Notes: generated from the sequence alone by a model not told the origin. A stretch of 63,703 nucleotides of DNA, filler included, from Octopus bimaculoides (GCF_001194135.2; 6 parts of 6 records of this genome joined end to end with filler, not necessarily neighbours in it), one strand, 5' to 3'; shown: positions 11,180 to 22,942, counted from the first letter of the whole stretch. Numbers and translations are program-made.

Positions 11180-11692
11180 GTGGGAACTATGTTATAGCTG
11201 TCATAAATAGCATCTTACTGTAGTCTAGCTGCTTGCCAAAACAGAACCAAATAGGATTCTGCGAGGGCTTCTCATTAGTAGTGACTTGTTCAGATATATG
11301 TATATTTATATTTATACCCACCCACAAGAATTTCGAATCGCATTTCGCCTGCTTCAGCTCTTCCTCACAAATGTTTGCAACTAATTAATTCATACATCAC
11401 CGACTTCTTCTATTCACCCCTCCCCGGCCGAGTTAGCTTCGGTCTGGTTAGATTTTAGGGTTTGTGACCATCTCTTGTGACTTTTAATGTAATAGTCTCT
11501 GCTAGATTTCACAAAATGATTACTGCCCGGATGAATGGATTCCCTTTTTACGTCGAATAATCGTCAACTTCTAGAAATATCTACGAACAGTATTCTTTCG
11601 AACTTAACACAGAGCGAGAGAGATAAACGAACGAGATCTCTCTCTGAGAATAACCTCAACAATAATAAAAGAACGAAGGAGGATCGCTAAAC

Positions 11693-11867
11693 ATGTCATT
11701 GACGATCAAGGCATACATCCTTTCAGGTCGATCTAAGACTGATTCCGTTGAGATACGAAGATTCAATGTATCGGACAATACTGTCAGGAACTACCACCAA
11801 CTTCAGGATAAAGTATATGAAGTGTTCCCTAGTTTGAACCGAACTGGAATCAATTTACACTGGAAGG
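11693..11867 (+). CDS. SQSTM1: Sequestosome-1 / p62 (ref(2)P orthologue), first coding exon, N-terminal part of the PB1 domain
   Basis: MSLTIKAYILSGRSKTDSVEIRRF...KVYEVFPSL...LHWK matches the p62 pattern M.LTVKAYL...EIRRF...V..LFP.L. AAACATG start context and in-frame upstream TAA (11666-11668). Phase-1 donor G|GTAAGT at 11867/11868 sits at the position equivalent to the end of human exon 1. Confidence 0.9.
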
Positions 11868-12779
11868 GTAAGTTATTTTCACATCCGAGCCTTGTTACTG
11901 TCCTACTCTCTTTCTCTCTCTCTCTCTCTCTCTCCCTCTCTTCCTAAACTTTGTTTCTACCCAAACAAAGTTTTAAACAAAAATTTAATTATTGGTTTTA
12001 GTCGTCCATAAAGAATAATGGCCGTGTGTGAAGCGGCGGTGAGTTTGTCTGGAAGATATATTACATGTCTTTATTCAATCTCAGACAAGAATGAATGAAG
12101 AGAGACAGAACGACAGGAAAAAGAAAGAAGATAAGCGGCGATTTAACTATTTGATTTGTGTTTCACATCCCAAGAGATGGAGTTTTTGGAACGAACGAAC
12201 ACATGAAGGTAACCACGAGAGAAGCGAACTAATTGTAAAGTTGGTGTTTTGTTTATGTATCTGCATATGTGTTTATACGTTAGTATGATTGTGTATGCGT
12301 GAGAGAGAGAGAGTTGTATGTGTGTGTACGTGTGAGAGCTTTTGTTTTGTTTTTCTGTGGATTTGAGTTAGTATGATTGTCGGAGAAAGGGTGCGTTATT
12401 TTGACATACTGGTATGTGTGTGTTGTGTTGCGCAGTTTCCTCCTGTGTTGGAGTGTATGTAAATATCCTAGTACACATGTATGAGTGTGTATGTGTGTGT
12501 GTAGATGTGATCGTGTCTGTATCTGTTACCTGTATGATGTTATGTCTCTATGTGAACATGATTGTTTGTTATAGTTGATGTTTCTGATTAAATGTTAGAG
12601 CTGTAACATCAAATAACGTACAGTGAAGTGGGGGTGGGGTAAAAAAAGCAGAAACAAATGGAATCAAACAGAATAGACATCTGTTTGGTTTATGTCATTA
12701 CTGTTATCGTAGGAAACCTGTAATGGTTCCAGTAGAATTTCTAGCAAATCTGGGAAAGAGTTGGAAAATGTCTGTGTAT

Positions 12780-12949
12780 TGTGTGTGTGTGTGAGAGAGA
12801 GAGTGAAAGAGAAACTGATTGTAAGAGTTTAAACGAATTTTACACATGTGTGTGAGTACAGATATATATAGTGTATGTATATATGTATTTATACACACAT
12901 ATATATGTATATATATGTGTGTGTGTGTGTTTGTGTATGTATGTATATA

Positions 12950-13001
<52 letters not shown>

Positions 13002-13200
13002 CGTATACAGATATATGTACATAAAGATGTATGTATATATATATATTTATATGTATATACATTTATTTATATTTATATATGCATGCGTATGCATATATAT
13101 GTATGTGTAATGTATATGTGTGTGTATATAAATAAATGTATGTGTATGTGTGCATGTATGCATATGCACATACATGTATGTGTGTGTGCGTGTAATATAG
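12780..13200. repeat. Compound (TG)n/(AG)n/(TA)n microsatellite
   Basis: Direct inspection; source of several spurious Y/I/C/V-rich ORFs. Confidence 0.95.
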
Positions 13201-14094
13201 AACTGTTCGATTTACGGACGTAATATAAAAAAAGATTCGCACTTTCAATTTAGCTTGGTGTAAAAGCTTTCAGCCTGGCAAAAACCTTCACTATTGTTTG
13301 TCGAAACTATTCTGTATAAGTATCGTCAGAGCGTCGAACAAAATGCTTTGTGATATTTGTTCCTGCTCTTTACGTCCTGAGCTCAAATCCCGCTGCGGTC
13401 AACCTTACCTTTCACCCTCAGAGAGTCGACAAAATAAAGGGCAATCAATCTTTCGGTAAAAGTCGATGAGGTTATGAGTAAACGTACGACATTGTTTTTC
13501 ATATGTTCGACAAAGCTACTAACGTCATGTACTAAAACCGAAACATTACCAAATAAAGTACTAGTCTAGGGGGGTCGGTTGTATCGGCTTAAATCTCCCT
13601 TTCGAAACTGTGAGCCCTTGTTCCTTAATCAGAAACCATTATTATGGATAATAAAAAAAATTGTCATATATGCGCGTATATGCGTGATGGCGGGGGAGGA
13701 TTTATGTACAGTTGTATATAAGCGTAATTAAACATTAAACTGGAGGATTACTCAAAAACTTTCTTAATAGGGGACATATCTATTAAACTATTACAAGGAA
13801 AAGTTTGACAGTGATTTCGAAGTATTGGTTCGCTTGCATTCTTGTGTGTGTGCGCGCGTGCGTGTGTGTGAAGAGGGAGAGAGGTGAAAGAGAGTTGACT
13901 CTAAGGTTAGATCAACTCCTCATTACAATCTTTAGGGCCTTAATCGAAAAACTTGAGGTTGAGAACGTTGAAGTTATCTCCCTTACTTCTTTTTTTTATA
14001 TAGATTTTGAACACGTACGAAGGGAGTGCTTGTCTTCGAAAATATAATCTGTTTTCCAAATCATTATATTACACATGTAAGACCCAATAATATA

Positions 14095-14219
14095 CAGGGT
14101 GTCCACAAAGTCTGGATACATGGGGATTAACACATACTTTAAGAAATTATTATTTCTTATATTTAATTGTTTGTTGTGATTTCATTTACTCCGTGTACCC
14201 AGATTTTGTGGACACCCTG
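14095..14219. mobile_element. Tc1/mariner-type MITE, 125 bp
   Basis: About 29-bp TIRs CAGGGTGTCCACAAA(G/A)TCTGG(A/G)TACA(T/C)GG; TA on both sides. Confidence 0.9.
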
Positions 14220-14504
14220 TATATATGAGGTAAAACTTAATCTTAAGAGACTGGTGATGGTCCTTGTCGGAAAAACTTGTAAAATATAGGCCCCTGCTAT
14301 GAAAGACACGTTCAGCGGGATAGAAAAAACCATGGATGTGGTGAGCGGTGCGGTGAGAGGAAAATCATAAAACAATGTCATAGTAAACAGTTAGAGGAAA
14401 AAGATAATCTTTTCATGGCGTGGTATAAATCTCGGTTGAAGCGTTTTAAATTAAACATGGCTTCCCATGAGATATTTTTGCTTCTCGTCTCTGTGAATAT
14501 GTAA

Positions 14505-14730
14505 AGGCGCATGGCTTAGTGGTTAGGATGTCGCATTCATGATCGTAATATTGTGGTTTCGATTTCTGGACCGGACGATGAATTGTGTACTTGGGCAAAA
14601 CACTTCATTTCACTCAGTTGGCAAAAATGGATAATCTTACGACAGACCGGCATCCTGTTGAAGGGTGGGGAATATATACCCTACACAATCCGGGAAACCG
14701 ACCTTATGGGCCTATGGCTCAGGAAGGCAC
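14505..14730 (+). mobile_element. Family-B tRNA-derived, CORE-like SINE (minus-strand copies ~9375-9580, 20290-20570, 34270-34400, 55865-56090)
   Basis: tRNA-like head GGCGCATGGCTTAGTGGTTAGG...GGTTTCGATT followed by the CORE-like block CTTGGGCAAAACACTT. CORE-SINEs are known from octopus (OR families); exact family assignment not verified. Confidence 0.8.
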
Positions 14731-14918
14731 TTTGATACTGTTTGTAATCGTTATACATATTCCACGTAAATACTGTTTCCTTTCTATACCTAAATTTGAT
14801 CTCTCTAAGTCAACGGTTTGTGAAAAAATTCTTCCCCGATGATATTTAATATTATTGAAACGTGGCCGTAGTTTTCACCAGCTGACCTTAAGAAAGGACC
14901 CACTTCTTATTCCAGTGA

Positions 14919-14949
<31 letters not shown>

Positions 14950-15529
14950 AAGGTTAACCTGAGAAGGAAACTACAAGCAAGGGAGATAACTCATTTGTTT
15001 CTTTTACTGACTTTTGTACACGCATACACACATACATGCACACGCACACACACACACAGAGGAAGTTTTGTCTTCAAATTGCAAAGATAATTTCCGTTAA
15101 ATGATTTTCAACTCGATGCGTTTCCCTTGGGCAAGATATATGTGATATATTATACACGTATGCATGTACATGTATATATGTCGTTATTCAGTTTATTTTA
15201 AGATTTCTTGCCAATAGAGAAACCTAGATCCAAAGCTCTATTGGAATTTCAACATCAACAACAGGGTATTTTTGTATGTATGTATGTATGTATGTATCTA
15301 GGTATGTATGTATGTCATTATTCAGTTTATTTCAAGATTTTTGCTTGTATGTATGTATGTATATATATATGTACGTATGTACGTATGTAGGTATGTATGT
15401 ATGTGTGTGTATGTAGGTATGTATGTATGCATGCATGTATGTATTGCCTGTGTGTTTGTGTATGTATGTAGTTAGGAGAGGGAGTATGACAGGAACAGGA
15501 GAAAGGGAAATGTGGGTGGGTAGGTGTAT

Positions 15530-16060
15530 TCATAAAAGGGGATTTCGGAGCAGAAAAGTGATGAGGGTGGGTTGTATAGGGAGTGGCGGGTCATGGCTAT
15601 CTTACATTGTAAGGATGAGTGCAAAAGGAAGCTGGGAGGTTGGGGAGCAACAGATTCGACAGGTAGAGAGGAATAAGCGAAGAAATCTGAGAGAGCCATT
15701 GAAGGAATGAGAGGTGTGGGGGGCGGGGGAAAAAGATGAGGTGTATTGAGGGGACAAAGGAGCTATAGGGAGAGAGAAAATGAGATAGAGGGTGGGGGGT
15801 GAATGCAGTGAGGTATAGTAGAATGCTTGGAGGTGTAGTAGAAGTGAGGGGGAGGGCAGGGTGTGGGTATAGAGAAAGCGACCCAGATGATGAAAAGTGG
15901 AGTGAGGGCTGAGAGAGAGGGATAGGGGAAGCAGTGGGTACAGCAGCGGGGGGGGGGTTAGGTTCAGTGGGAGGATGAAATGCTAGAGGGCACCCTAGAA
16001 GTGTAAGGGTAGGTAGTGAGATAAAGACAATAGGAGGCAGTGGGTGGCAGAAGGGCACCT
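15530..16060 (-). mobile_element. Highly decayed pyrimidine-rich (minus strand) retroelement remnant, possibly Penelope/Poseidon-type
   Basis: Strong purine skew on +; only faint peptide resemblance. Similar block at ~53930-54400. Confidence 0.3.
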
Positions 16061-16073
16061 CCAGGAGGGAGTG

Positions 16074-16109
<36 letters not shown>

Positions 16110-16210
16110 TAGTACAGCAGGACAGGTATAACAAATGAGATGGGGGTGAGGGAGGGGCTGTCACTACTGTAAATTGTTGCTCAGAGTTATACTAGAAGAC
16201 ACTTGCTTAA

Positions 16211-16430
16211 CCCTTTCGTTACTGTATTTATTTTGAGATGCTGTTTTTCTCTCAAATAATTTCAAATATAACAAAGAATTTAGTAAAATAACTTAGTTAT
16301 CATTAAACTAGTGTTAGAAACCTAAATTGTGACTAAGGTTTGGTGGAAGATTTTTATTCTAAACTTATGAAAATATGACATTTGTACAACAGAGCCAGGG
16401 GCAGTTTCAGCCAGGCTGGTCACAAAAGGG
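16211..16430. mobile_element. piggyBac-type MITE, 220 bp, nested in a family-C SINE remnant
   Basis: TTAA|CCCTTTCGTTAC ... GTCACAAAAGGG|TTAA. The flanks rejoin as GAAGACACTTGC-TTAA-GATGC, the SINE-C GAAGACACTTGCCCAAGGTGC segment. Confidence 0.85.
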
Positions 16431-16706
16431 TTAAGATGCTGTGCAATGAAACTGAACTCAAGACCATACACGCATCACACGCACACATGTGCACACACAC
16501 ACTTTCACACATACACACATTACACACACAAACATGCACACACACATATGCATATGTCATCTTCATCCCCATTTGAAGTTTGTCTTCATATATAGTTCAG
16601 TCTGTTTTTAAGAGGCTAATTTGGAGAGTTGCATTTTCCTTGCGTTCGGTAAAAATGTGTTTATTATGGTAGTTTAGTGTGAGGCATTCTTGTATAGTAA
16701 TGCCCT

Positions 16707-16748
<42 letters not shown>

Positions 16749-17189
16749 TAATGGAAGTACTGTTTGTGTGTATGGTAGGTTGGCAGGTAGGTAGGTAGTT
16801 TGATAGTTATCCACCCCCTTTAGTCAATTCAAATACAGAGAAAGCATATACACAAAATAACAGCTGTTGCTTTAGTAAACCCATAAGTTTTGTCTGTTCA
16901 CCCATGCTGTGCTGGGTAAATACCAACCAAAGGTAAATGCAGAAGAACAATAACTTTTTAACTCCACCCAAGTCCATCTGCACTATTCCAAAGAGACATT
17001 GAAAACCCCTATGTGGTTGTCACTTGACCTGCTAGAAATAGAAGCTAAGTCTCCCTTAGATTGCTATCTTAATAAAAAAAGGACATATTGAATAATGTAG
17101 ACCTAGAGACAGGATAGTTATGGCCAGAATGGCTTTGATCACATGTGTGTCTGATCAAGGTTGACCTGGGGCTAAATGATATCAACTAC

Positions 17190-18640
17190 TGTTGCCAGAT
17201 GGGGCTAACTCTATCTACTGGAAATATCAACCATGTCTCATTCAAATTACACCCTCATTTTAGTAAAGGGCAGCAGCATCAAAAATTTCTTTGTTATCTG
17301 ACTGCCAGAGATTTCAAGGATAGAATTAGTTACACGCCAGACCCTAACCCCTCCAAAAGGACATGCCACTGGAAAGTGTTGTGGTTCATACTTCCCTTCT
17401 CTTAAATGTTAAAACCTGTGTAGGTAAGATTTTCCTTGGCTTAATAGACAAGTACTTCCCCTGTATAAATAGGTTCATTAAAATATTTAATAGGCACACC
17501 CTGAGAATTTCCTTTAGCTGTACACCCAATGTAAAAAAGCTTTTAGTAGATAGACCCATACCTGAGACAGCAGCAGGATGTTCATGTAGGGGTAACTCAA
17601 CGTGTCCACTGAATGGTCACTGTAATACAGAGATTGTTGTATATGAGGCAGAAGTGACAGCAATAGAACCAAATTGGCAACCGAACATACAAAAGAACAT
17701 GAGAGCAACTGAAGGCCCCTTCAGAATCCACTATAACAGCCACAAGTCCTCTGTGAGATGTCATAACAACCACAAGTCCTCTGGAGAGATGTAATGCCAC
17801 AACCCTGGCCAAGCACATATGGTCATTGAAAGAAAGCACTATTGCATACAGAATAAAGTAGACGATTCTAGAGTAATGTAAAGCATACTTCAATAGCAGC
17901 AGGAAGTGCAGATTATGCCTGACTGAGAAAAGAGTGATTTTAAAGGACTCCCAGCACCCAGGCATCTACTTGAACAGCAGAAGTGAAATTTTTAGTCCTT
18001 GCCCACATAAAAGGAAGTACAACCTATCATAGCTGCATGTCCCATCATGACTATAATTGCCAGTCCCCCAACTTCAGCCCTCCACCATTACCTGGGAGTC
18101 CAGCAAAAAGTTTGACTAATGCACCCACAAACAAACAGACATGCCCCGACATGGTGGACACCTACCCAATAGCTTTTATCCACCACTTCCATGCACACAC
18201 AAAAGGCCCCACGAATTTAACCAATACATAAAAGAAAGAAAACACACTAACGAACACAGATGTGTCTCCCCACCCACCCCTGACAAAGGCTATTCATATA
18301 GTACCACTAAATGCATTCCATTTCCACAAGAATACCAACCTTAAAGATACGCACATTTGCCAAAATCTTTTTCCAGAAAAATCTCACCAACTTACAAGAA
18401 AACCACTCCCAGAGATGATGTTTTTAATTCCAAAGGACATAGTTCTTAACTTAACCACTATTCATTTCAACATCTTTTTCACAGCAACTACAAACTGGAT
18501 GTGTCTATACACCTCCAAAAATAGAGAATAGCTGCTATATTTCATTTCATAATGACTACTTCTAAAGAGCGCAGGGTTACATAATTGGACTGTTACCTAA
18601 CACTGCATTAGTGTGAAACCAATTGGAAAGATCAGCTGTA
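17190..18640 (+). mobile_element. 5'-truncated Penelope-like element (Naiad-like): RT thumb/linker, Cys-rich GIY-YIG region to ~18052, and 3' region
   Basis: KVLWFILPFS/LNVKTCVGKIFLGLIDKYFP, KIFNRHTLRISFSCTPN, CSCRGNSTCPLNGHC..IVVYEAEV, ATEGPFRIHYNSHKSS, LAKHIWSLK, CRLCLTEK, LNSRSEIFSPCPHKRK. Frameshifts and stops present. Confidence 0.85.
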
Positions 18641-18756
18641 ATGGATATATAATACTGTACACTTTGATTAATATACCCACCCTACTTACAGATATACGAG
18701 TGCATTTTTTCCTGACTTATGGACTCTTAGACAGTTTGCACATATATATATATATA

Positions 18757-19320
18757 CTAGCAGCTAAGCCCGGTTTCACCCGGTCAGTTTGGATGATGTG
18801 GCTGTAAAACCTGCTCAGTGTAATCATTCGATTTCTTTGGGCACGCTTACGTTAAAAACAATTTTAGAATTACTTCTTTCTGTCAAAATACTAAAAATAA
18901 CTGACCAATAAAAAAAACCCAACCAAGATTCAACCAAATCAAAAAATAAACCCAAATACTAAGCGAACAAAGATGAACCATCCCATTTCCATTGCACACA
19001 CACACACGCACACACATACACAAACACACACATACACTCACACACATTCACATACTCTCCTTTTACATACACACACATATATTCACACAGAGTTGAAACG
19101 CTGTTTGATTTATTTTTCAGCGTACAATTTTCATCACTACCAAGTATGACATCACCCCTTCCTTCCTTATTCATCTATCACCATTTCCTTTCTCATTCAT
19201 AAACACAAGAGTATTATTATAGCAGATTATCTCGGTAACCATGGGAGCTATGAAAAAAATACAAAGCCCAGCATCACCACTGGATCATTCTACACATCTG
19301 TGTAATTTTTTGCGCAATCC
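18757..19320 (-). mobile_element. Probable non-autonomous Helitron (3' end at 18757)
   Basis: Minus strand ends ACCGGGTGAAACCGGGCTTAGCTG-CTAG|T, a GC-rich hairpin followed by CTAG and T. 5' boundary uncertain. Confidence 0.55.
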
Positions 19321-20085
19321 CACTGTTAGGGTGTGACACTTTTCACACTGCTGTCTTCATCCATATGCAACACATGACCATACCAGTGCAGTCGTCTCTC
19401 TTGCACACCACATCTGATGCTTCTTATGTTGAACTTTTCTCTCCGGGCACTTACACTCTGTCATATATGGACACTGACATTACACATCCAGCAAAGCATA
19501 CTAGCTTCATTTCTTGCAAGCCTAAGCATGTCCTCTGCAGTCCCGGCCCATGTTTCACTGCCATGCAGCATGGCTGTTCACACATGCGTCATACAGTCTA
19601 CTTTTTACTCTGAGTGAGAGGCCCTTTGTCACCAGCAGAGGTAGGAGCTTTCTGAACTTTGCCCAGGCTATTCTTATTCTAGCAGCAATGCTCTCAGAGT
19701 ATCCACCCCCGCTACTGACTTGGTCACCTAAGTAACAGAAGCTATCAACTACTTCTGGTTTTTCCCTGTGGCATGTGACAGAAGCTCTTTTCTGCACATT
19801 TTTAGTGTTTATTGCCCCTGTGCATTTGCCACACACAAAAACTATCTTCCCAGTTAAACTTCCTTTGATATTGCTGCACCTCTTATGTGTCCATAGCGTA
19901 CACCAGGTACATCTTATGGAGTTTCTACCTATGCCTTTTCTACAGATCGAGCAGGGCCATCTATCTGAGAGGGTTTGTGATTTGTCTGCCTTCCTACTAA
20001 CTAAGACTTTGATGTCTTAGTTATTAGAGCAAGGTCATCAGCATAGAGGAGCTCCCAGGGGCATCCTGTCTTGAATTCCTCTATA
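19320..20085 (-). mobile_element. RTE/RTE-X-like LINE fragment (RT catalytic motif, PHD-like finger, thumb)
   Basis: Minus strand EFKTGCPWELLYADDLALI, CGKCTGAINTK, VVDSFCYLGDQVSSGGG, RIRIAWAKFRKLLPLLVTKGLSLRVKSRLYDACV. Confidence 0.9.
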
Positions 20086-20765
20086 CATATATAATTATTG
20101 CTCTTATGTTAAACTGCTGTATGTCCAAATTTGGCCAAATGTGTTTTTTTAGATATTTATTTTTGCTTGCAATAGCTAGTTCTTTTGGTCAAACTATCAT
20201 ATCTCCTGCTTCTTCAGATGCTAAGATATCAAAAATTGTCAAAGTGTAGTAAAACGGTTTTGTTATCGAATGGTGAAAATATTTTTTGAGGATTCCAGTT
20301 GATCCAATCAATGGAACAGCTTGCTCATGAAATTAACGTGCAAGTAGCTGAGCATTCCACAGGCACACGTACCCTTGGGAACTTCAGCATAACACAGAGT
20401 ATGACAAGGCTGAGCCTTTTTGACATACAGGTACTACTCATTTTTGCCAGCTGAGTGGACTGGAGCAACATGGAATAAAGTGTCTTGCTCAAGGACACAA
20501 CATGCCACCTGGAATTGAACTCACAGTTTTGCGATAGTGAGCCAAATGCCCTAACCACTAAGCCACATGCCTTATATATATATATATATATANNNNNNNN
20601 NNNNNNNNNNNNNNNNNNNNNNNNNNNNNNNNNNNNNNNNNNNNNNNNNNNNNNNNNNNNNNNNNNNNNNNNNNNNNNNNNNNNNNNNNNNNNNNNNNNN
20701 NNNNNNNNNNNNNNNNNNNNNNNNNNNNNNNNNNNNNNNNNNNNNNNNNNNNNNNNNNNNNNNNN

Positions 20766-20897
20766 AGCCTAGTACTTATTCTATCGATCTCTTTTGCTGA
20801 ACCGCTAGATTACGGAGACGTAAACACACCAGCATCGGTTGTCAAGCAATGTTGGGGGGACAAACACTGACACACAAACATATACACACACACATGC

Positions 20898-20930
<33 letters not shown>

Positions 20931-21070
20931 CATATATACGACGGGCTTCTTTCAGTTTCCGTCTACCAAATCCACTCACAAGGCTTTGGTCGGCCCGAGG
21001 CTATAGTAGAAGACACTTGCCCAAGGTGCCATGCAGTGGAACTGAAAGTAGAACCATGTGGTTGGTAAGC
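20766..21070 (-). mobile_element. Family-C tRNA/CORE-like SINE with internal (TA/CA)n (other copies ~22646-23185 +, 24735-25125, 41263-41575, 42035-42115, 59750-60210)
   Basis: Conserved blocks AGCAAG(T/C)TACTTACCACAC, GAAGACACTTGCCCAAGGTGCC, AAATCCACTCACAAGGC, GTAAACACACCAGCATC. Confidence 0.85.
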
Positions 21071-21151
21071 AAGTTACTTACCACACAGCCATATATATAA
21101 CTTATGATGAAAATAAACAAACAAAGTTTGCTTTAGAAGTGTTGAGATGTA

Positions 21152-21373
21152 TTGAAAGATACAGAAATAATTTATTCGCAAATGCATGATAAGGCTAATA
21201 AAATTGCATGAACAGGATAAATTATCCATACGTTGCAGTAAAATACGTTACCGGCCAGATGGCTGGCTGGCTAGTAATGTATTTTTCTGCAATATATGGA
21301 TAGTTTAACCTGTTCACGCTATTTTATTACCATTATCACACATTTGAGAATAAATTATTTCTGTATCTTTCGA
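21152..21373. mobile_element. 222-bp almost complete foldback MITE flanked by TA
   Basis: Arms 21152-21258 and 21267-21373 align ungapped as reverse complements (about 16 mismatches in 107); 8-nt spacer; TA at 21150-21151 and 21374-21375. Confidence 0.85.
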
Positions 21374-21875
21374 TATATATATGTGTGTGTGTGTGCGTGT
21401 GTTAAGGATAATTCCAGATAGGTTCAACGATTTATTTATATATATATTCTGCCATAGATCGATGCATATCAGTCTTTAAAATATAGCAATCTATCAGTCG
21501 TTAAAATATTAAAACATATTAAAAATTCATGAACACACAATTATATATAGAAATCTAATATACATATATAAATAGATGAATGTAAATAGGTTAGAACAGT
21601 GTTATAAAAGTATGCCCTTACAAAAAGGTGAAGAAAGTAAAATCTTCTAAAGAGCAAATAAAAGAACATCGTAGCATTGAGGTTGGAATATTTCAAAAAA
21701 CATGTAAATAATCTGAGAGAATAAGTAATGTTGTTAGGGTAAAATGTTGATGGTAATCCTCTTACGGCCGTTTCAGGGGTACAGTAATCCATAGATTTTA
21801 AGAGTGTTTTCATTCCGAAAATTGGCTACTGCTTCCTTCATCAGAGAGTATCTTATTCAGGATTTCACTTATATA

Positions 21876-22085
21876 TCATCATCATCATCATCATCGTTTA
21901 ACGTCTGCCTTCCATGCTAGCATGGGTTGGACGATTTGACTGAGGACTGGTGAACCAGATGGCTACACCATGCTCCAATCTGATTTGGCAGAGTTTCTAC
22001 TGCTGGATGCCCTTCCTAATGCCAACCACTCCGAGAGTGTAGTGGGTGCTTTTACGTGCCACTGGCACGAAGGCCAGTCAGGCGA
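21876..22085 (-). mobile_element. 3' UTR and (GAT)n tail of the RTE-X-like LINE (5'-truncated copies also ~25130-25360, 33646-33712, 42520-42905, 56320-56675)
   Basis: Minus strand ..GGAGTGGTTGGCATTAGGAAGGGCATCC..CCAACCCATGCTAGCATGGAAGGCAGACGTTAAACGATGATGATG. The same block follows the RTE ORF at ~27185-27210. Confidence 0.8.
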
Positions 22086-22708
22086 GACAGGCTTCTTTCA
22101 GTTTCTGTTTACCAAATCCATTCACAAGGCTTTGGTCAGTCCAAGGCTATAATGACTATATAATGGGAGGCAAGGTTCTGGATATCAGTTGAATATCGCC
22201 TTTNNNNNNNNNNNNNNNNNNNNNNNNNNNNNNNNNNNNNNNNNNNNNNNNNNNNNNNNNNNNNNNNNNNNNNNNNNNNNNNNNNNNNNNNNNNNNNNNN
22301 NNNNNNNNNNNNNNNNNNNNNNNNNNNNNNNNNNNNNNNNNNNNNNNNNNNNNNNNNNNNNNNNNNNNNNNNNNNNNNNNNNNNNNNNNNNNNNNNNNNN
22401 NNNNNNNNNNNNNNNNNNNNNNNNNNNNNNNNNNNNNNNNNNNNNNNNNNNNNNNNNNNNNNNNNNNNNNNNNNNNNNNNNNNNNNNNNNNNNNNNNNNN
22501 NNNNNNNNNNNNNNNNNNNNNNNNNNNNNNNNNNNNNNNNNNNNNNNNNNNNNNNNNNNNNNNNNNNNNNNNNNNNNNNNNNNNNNNNNNNNNNNNNNNN
22601 NNNNNNNNNNNNNNNNNNNNNNNNNNNNNNNNNNNNNNNNNNNNNGCAGGTGAGGTTTCACTCCAGTCTCGAAGCCTTGTAAGTGGATTTGGTTGACAGA
22701 AACTGAAA

Positions 22709-22942
22709 AAAGGCGGCGAGCTGGCAGAAACGTTAGCACAACGGATGAAATGCTTAGTGGTATTTCGTCTGTCTTTATGTTATGAGTTCAAAATGTGCCG
22801 AGGTCAACTTTGCCTTTCATCCTTTCGGGGTCGATAAATTAAGTACCAGTTACGTACTGGGGTCGATGTAATCAACTTAATCCCTTTGTCTGTCGTTGTT
22901 CGTCCTCTCTATGTTTAGCCCCTTGTGGGCAATAAAGAAATA
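22709..22942 (+). mobile_element. Young family-A SINE nested in a family-C SINE
   Basis: 11-bp TSD AGAAACTGAAA at 22698-22708 and 22943-22953; the host SINE-C is contiguous across the insertion. Confidence 0.9.

Noticed and set aside
17363-18300. Selenocysteine recoding and SECIS in the Naiad-like element
   Set aside because: Conserved Cys codons are TGT/TGC, the visible stops are TAG/TAA, and I could not identify a SECIS stem.
20218-20250. TCTTCAG|AT.. as SQSTM1 exon 2 acceptor
   Set aside because: It reads DAKISKIVKV* with an early stop and lacks the acidic D.(E/D)GD PB1 motif.
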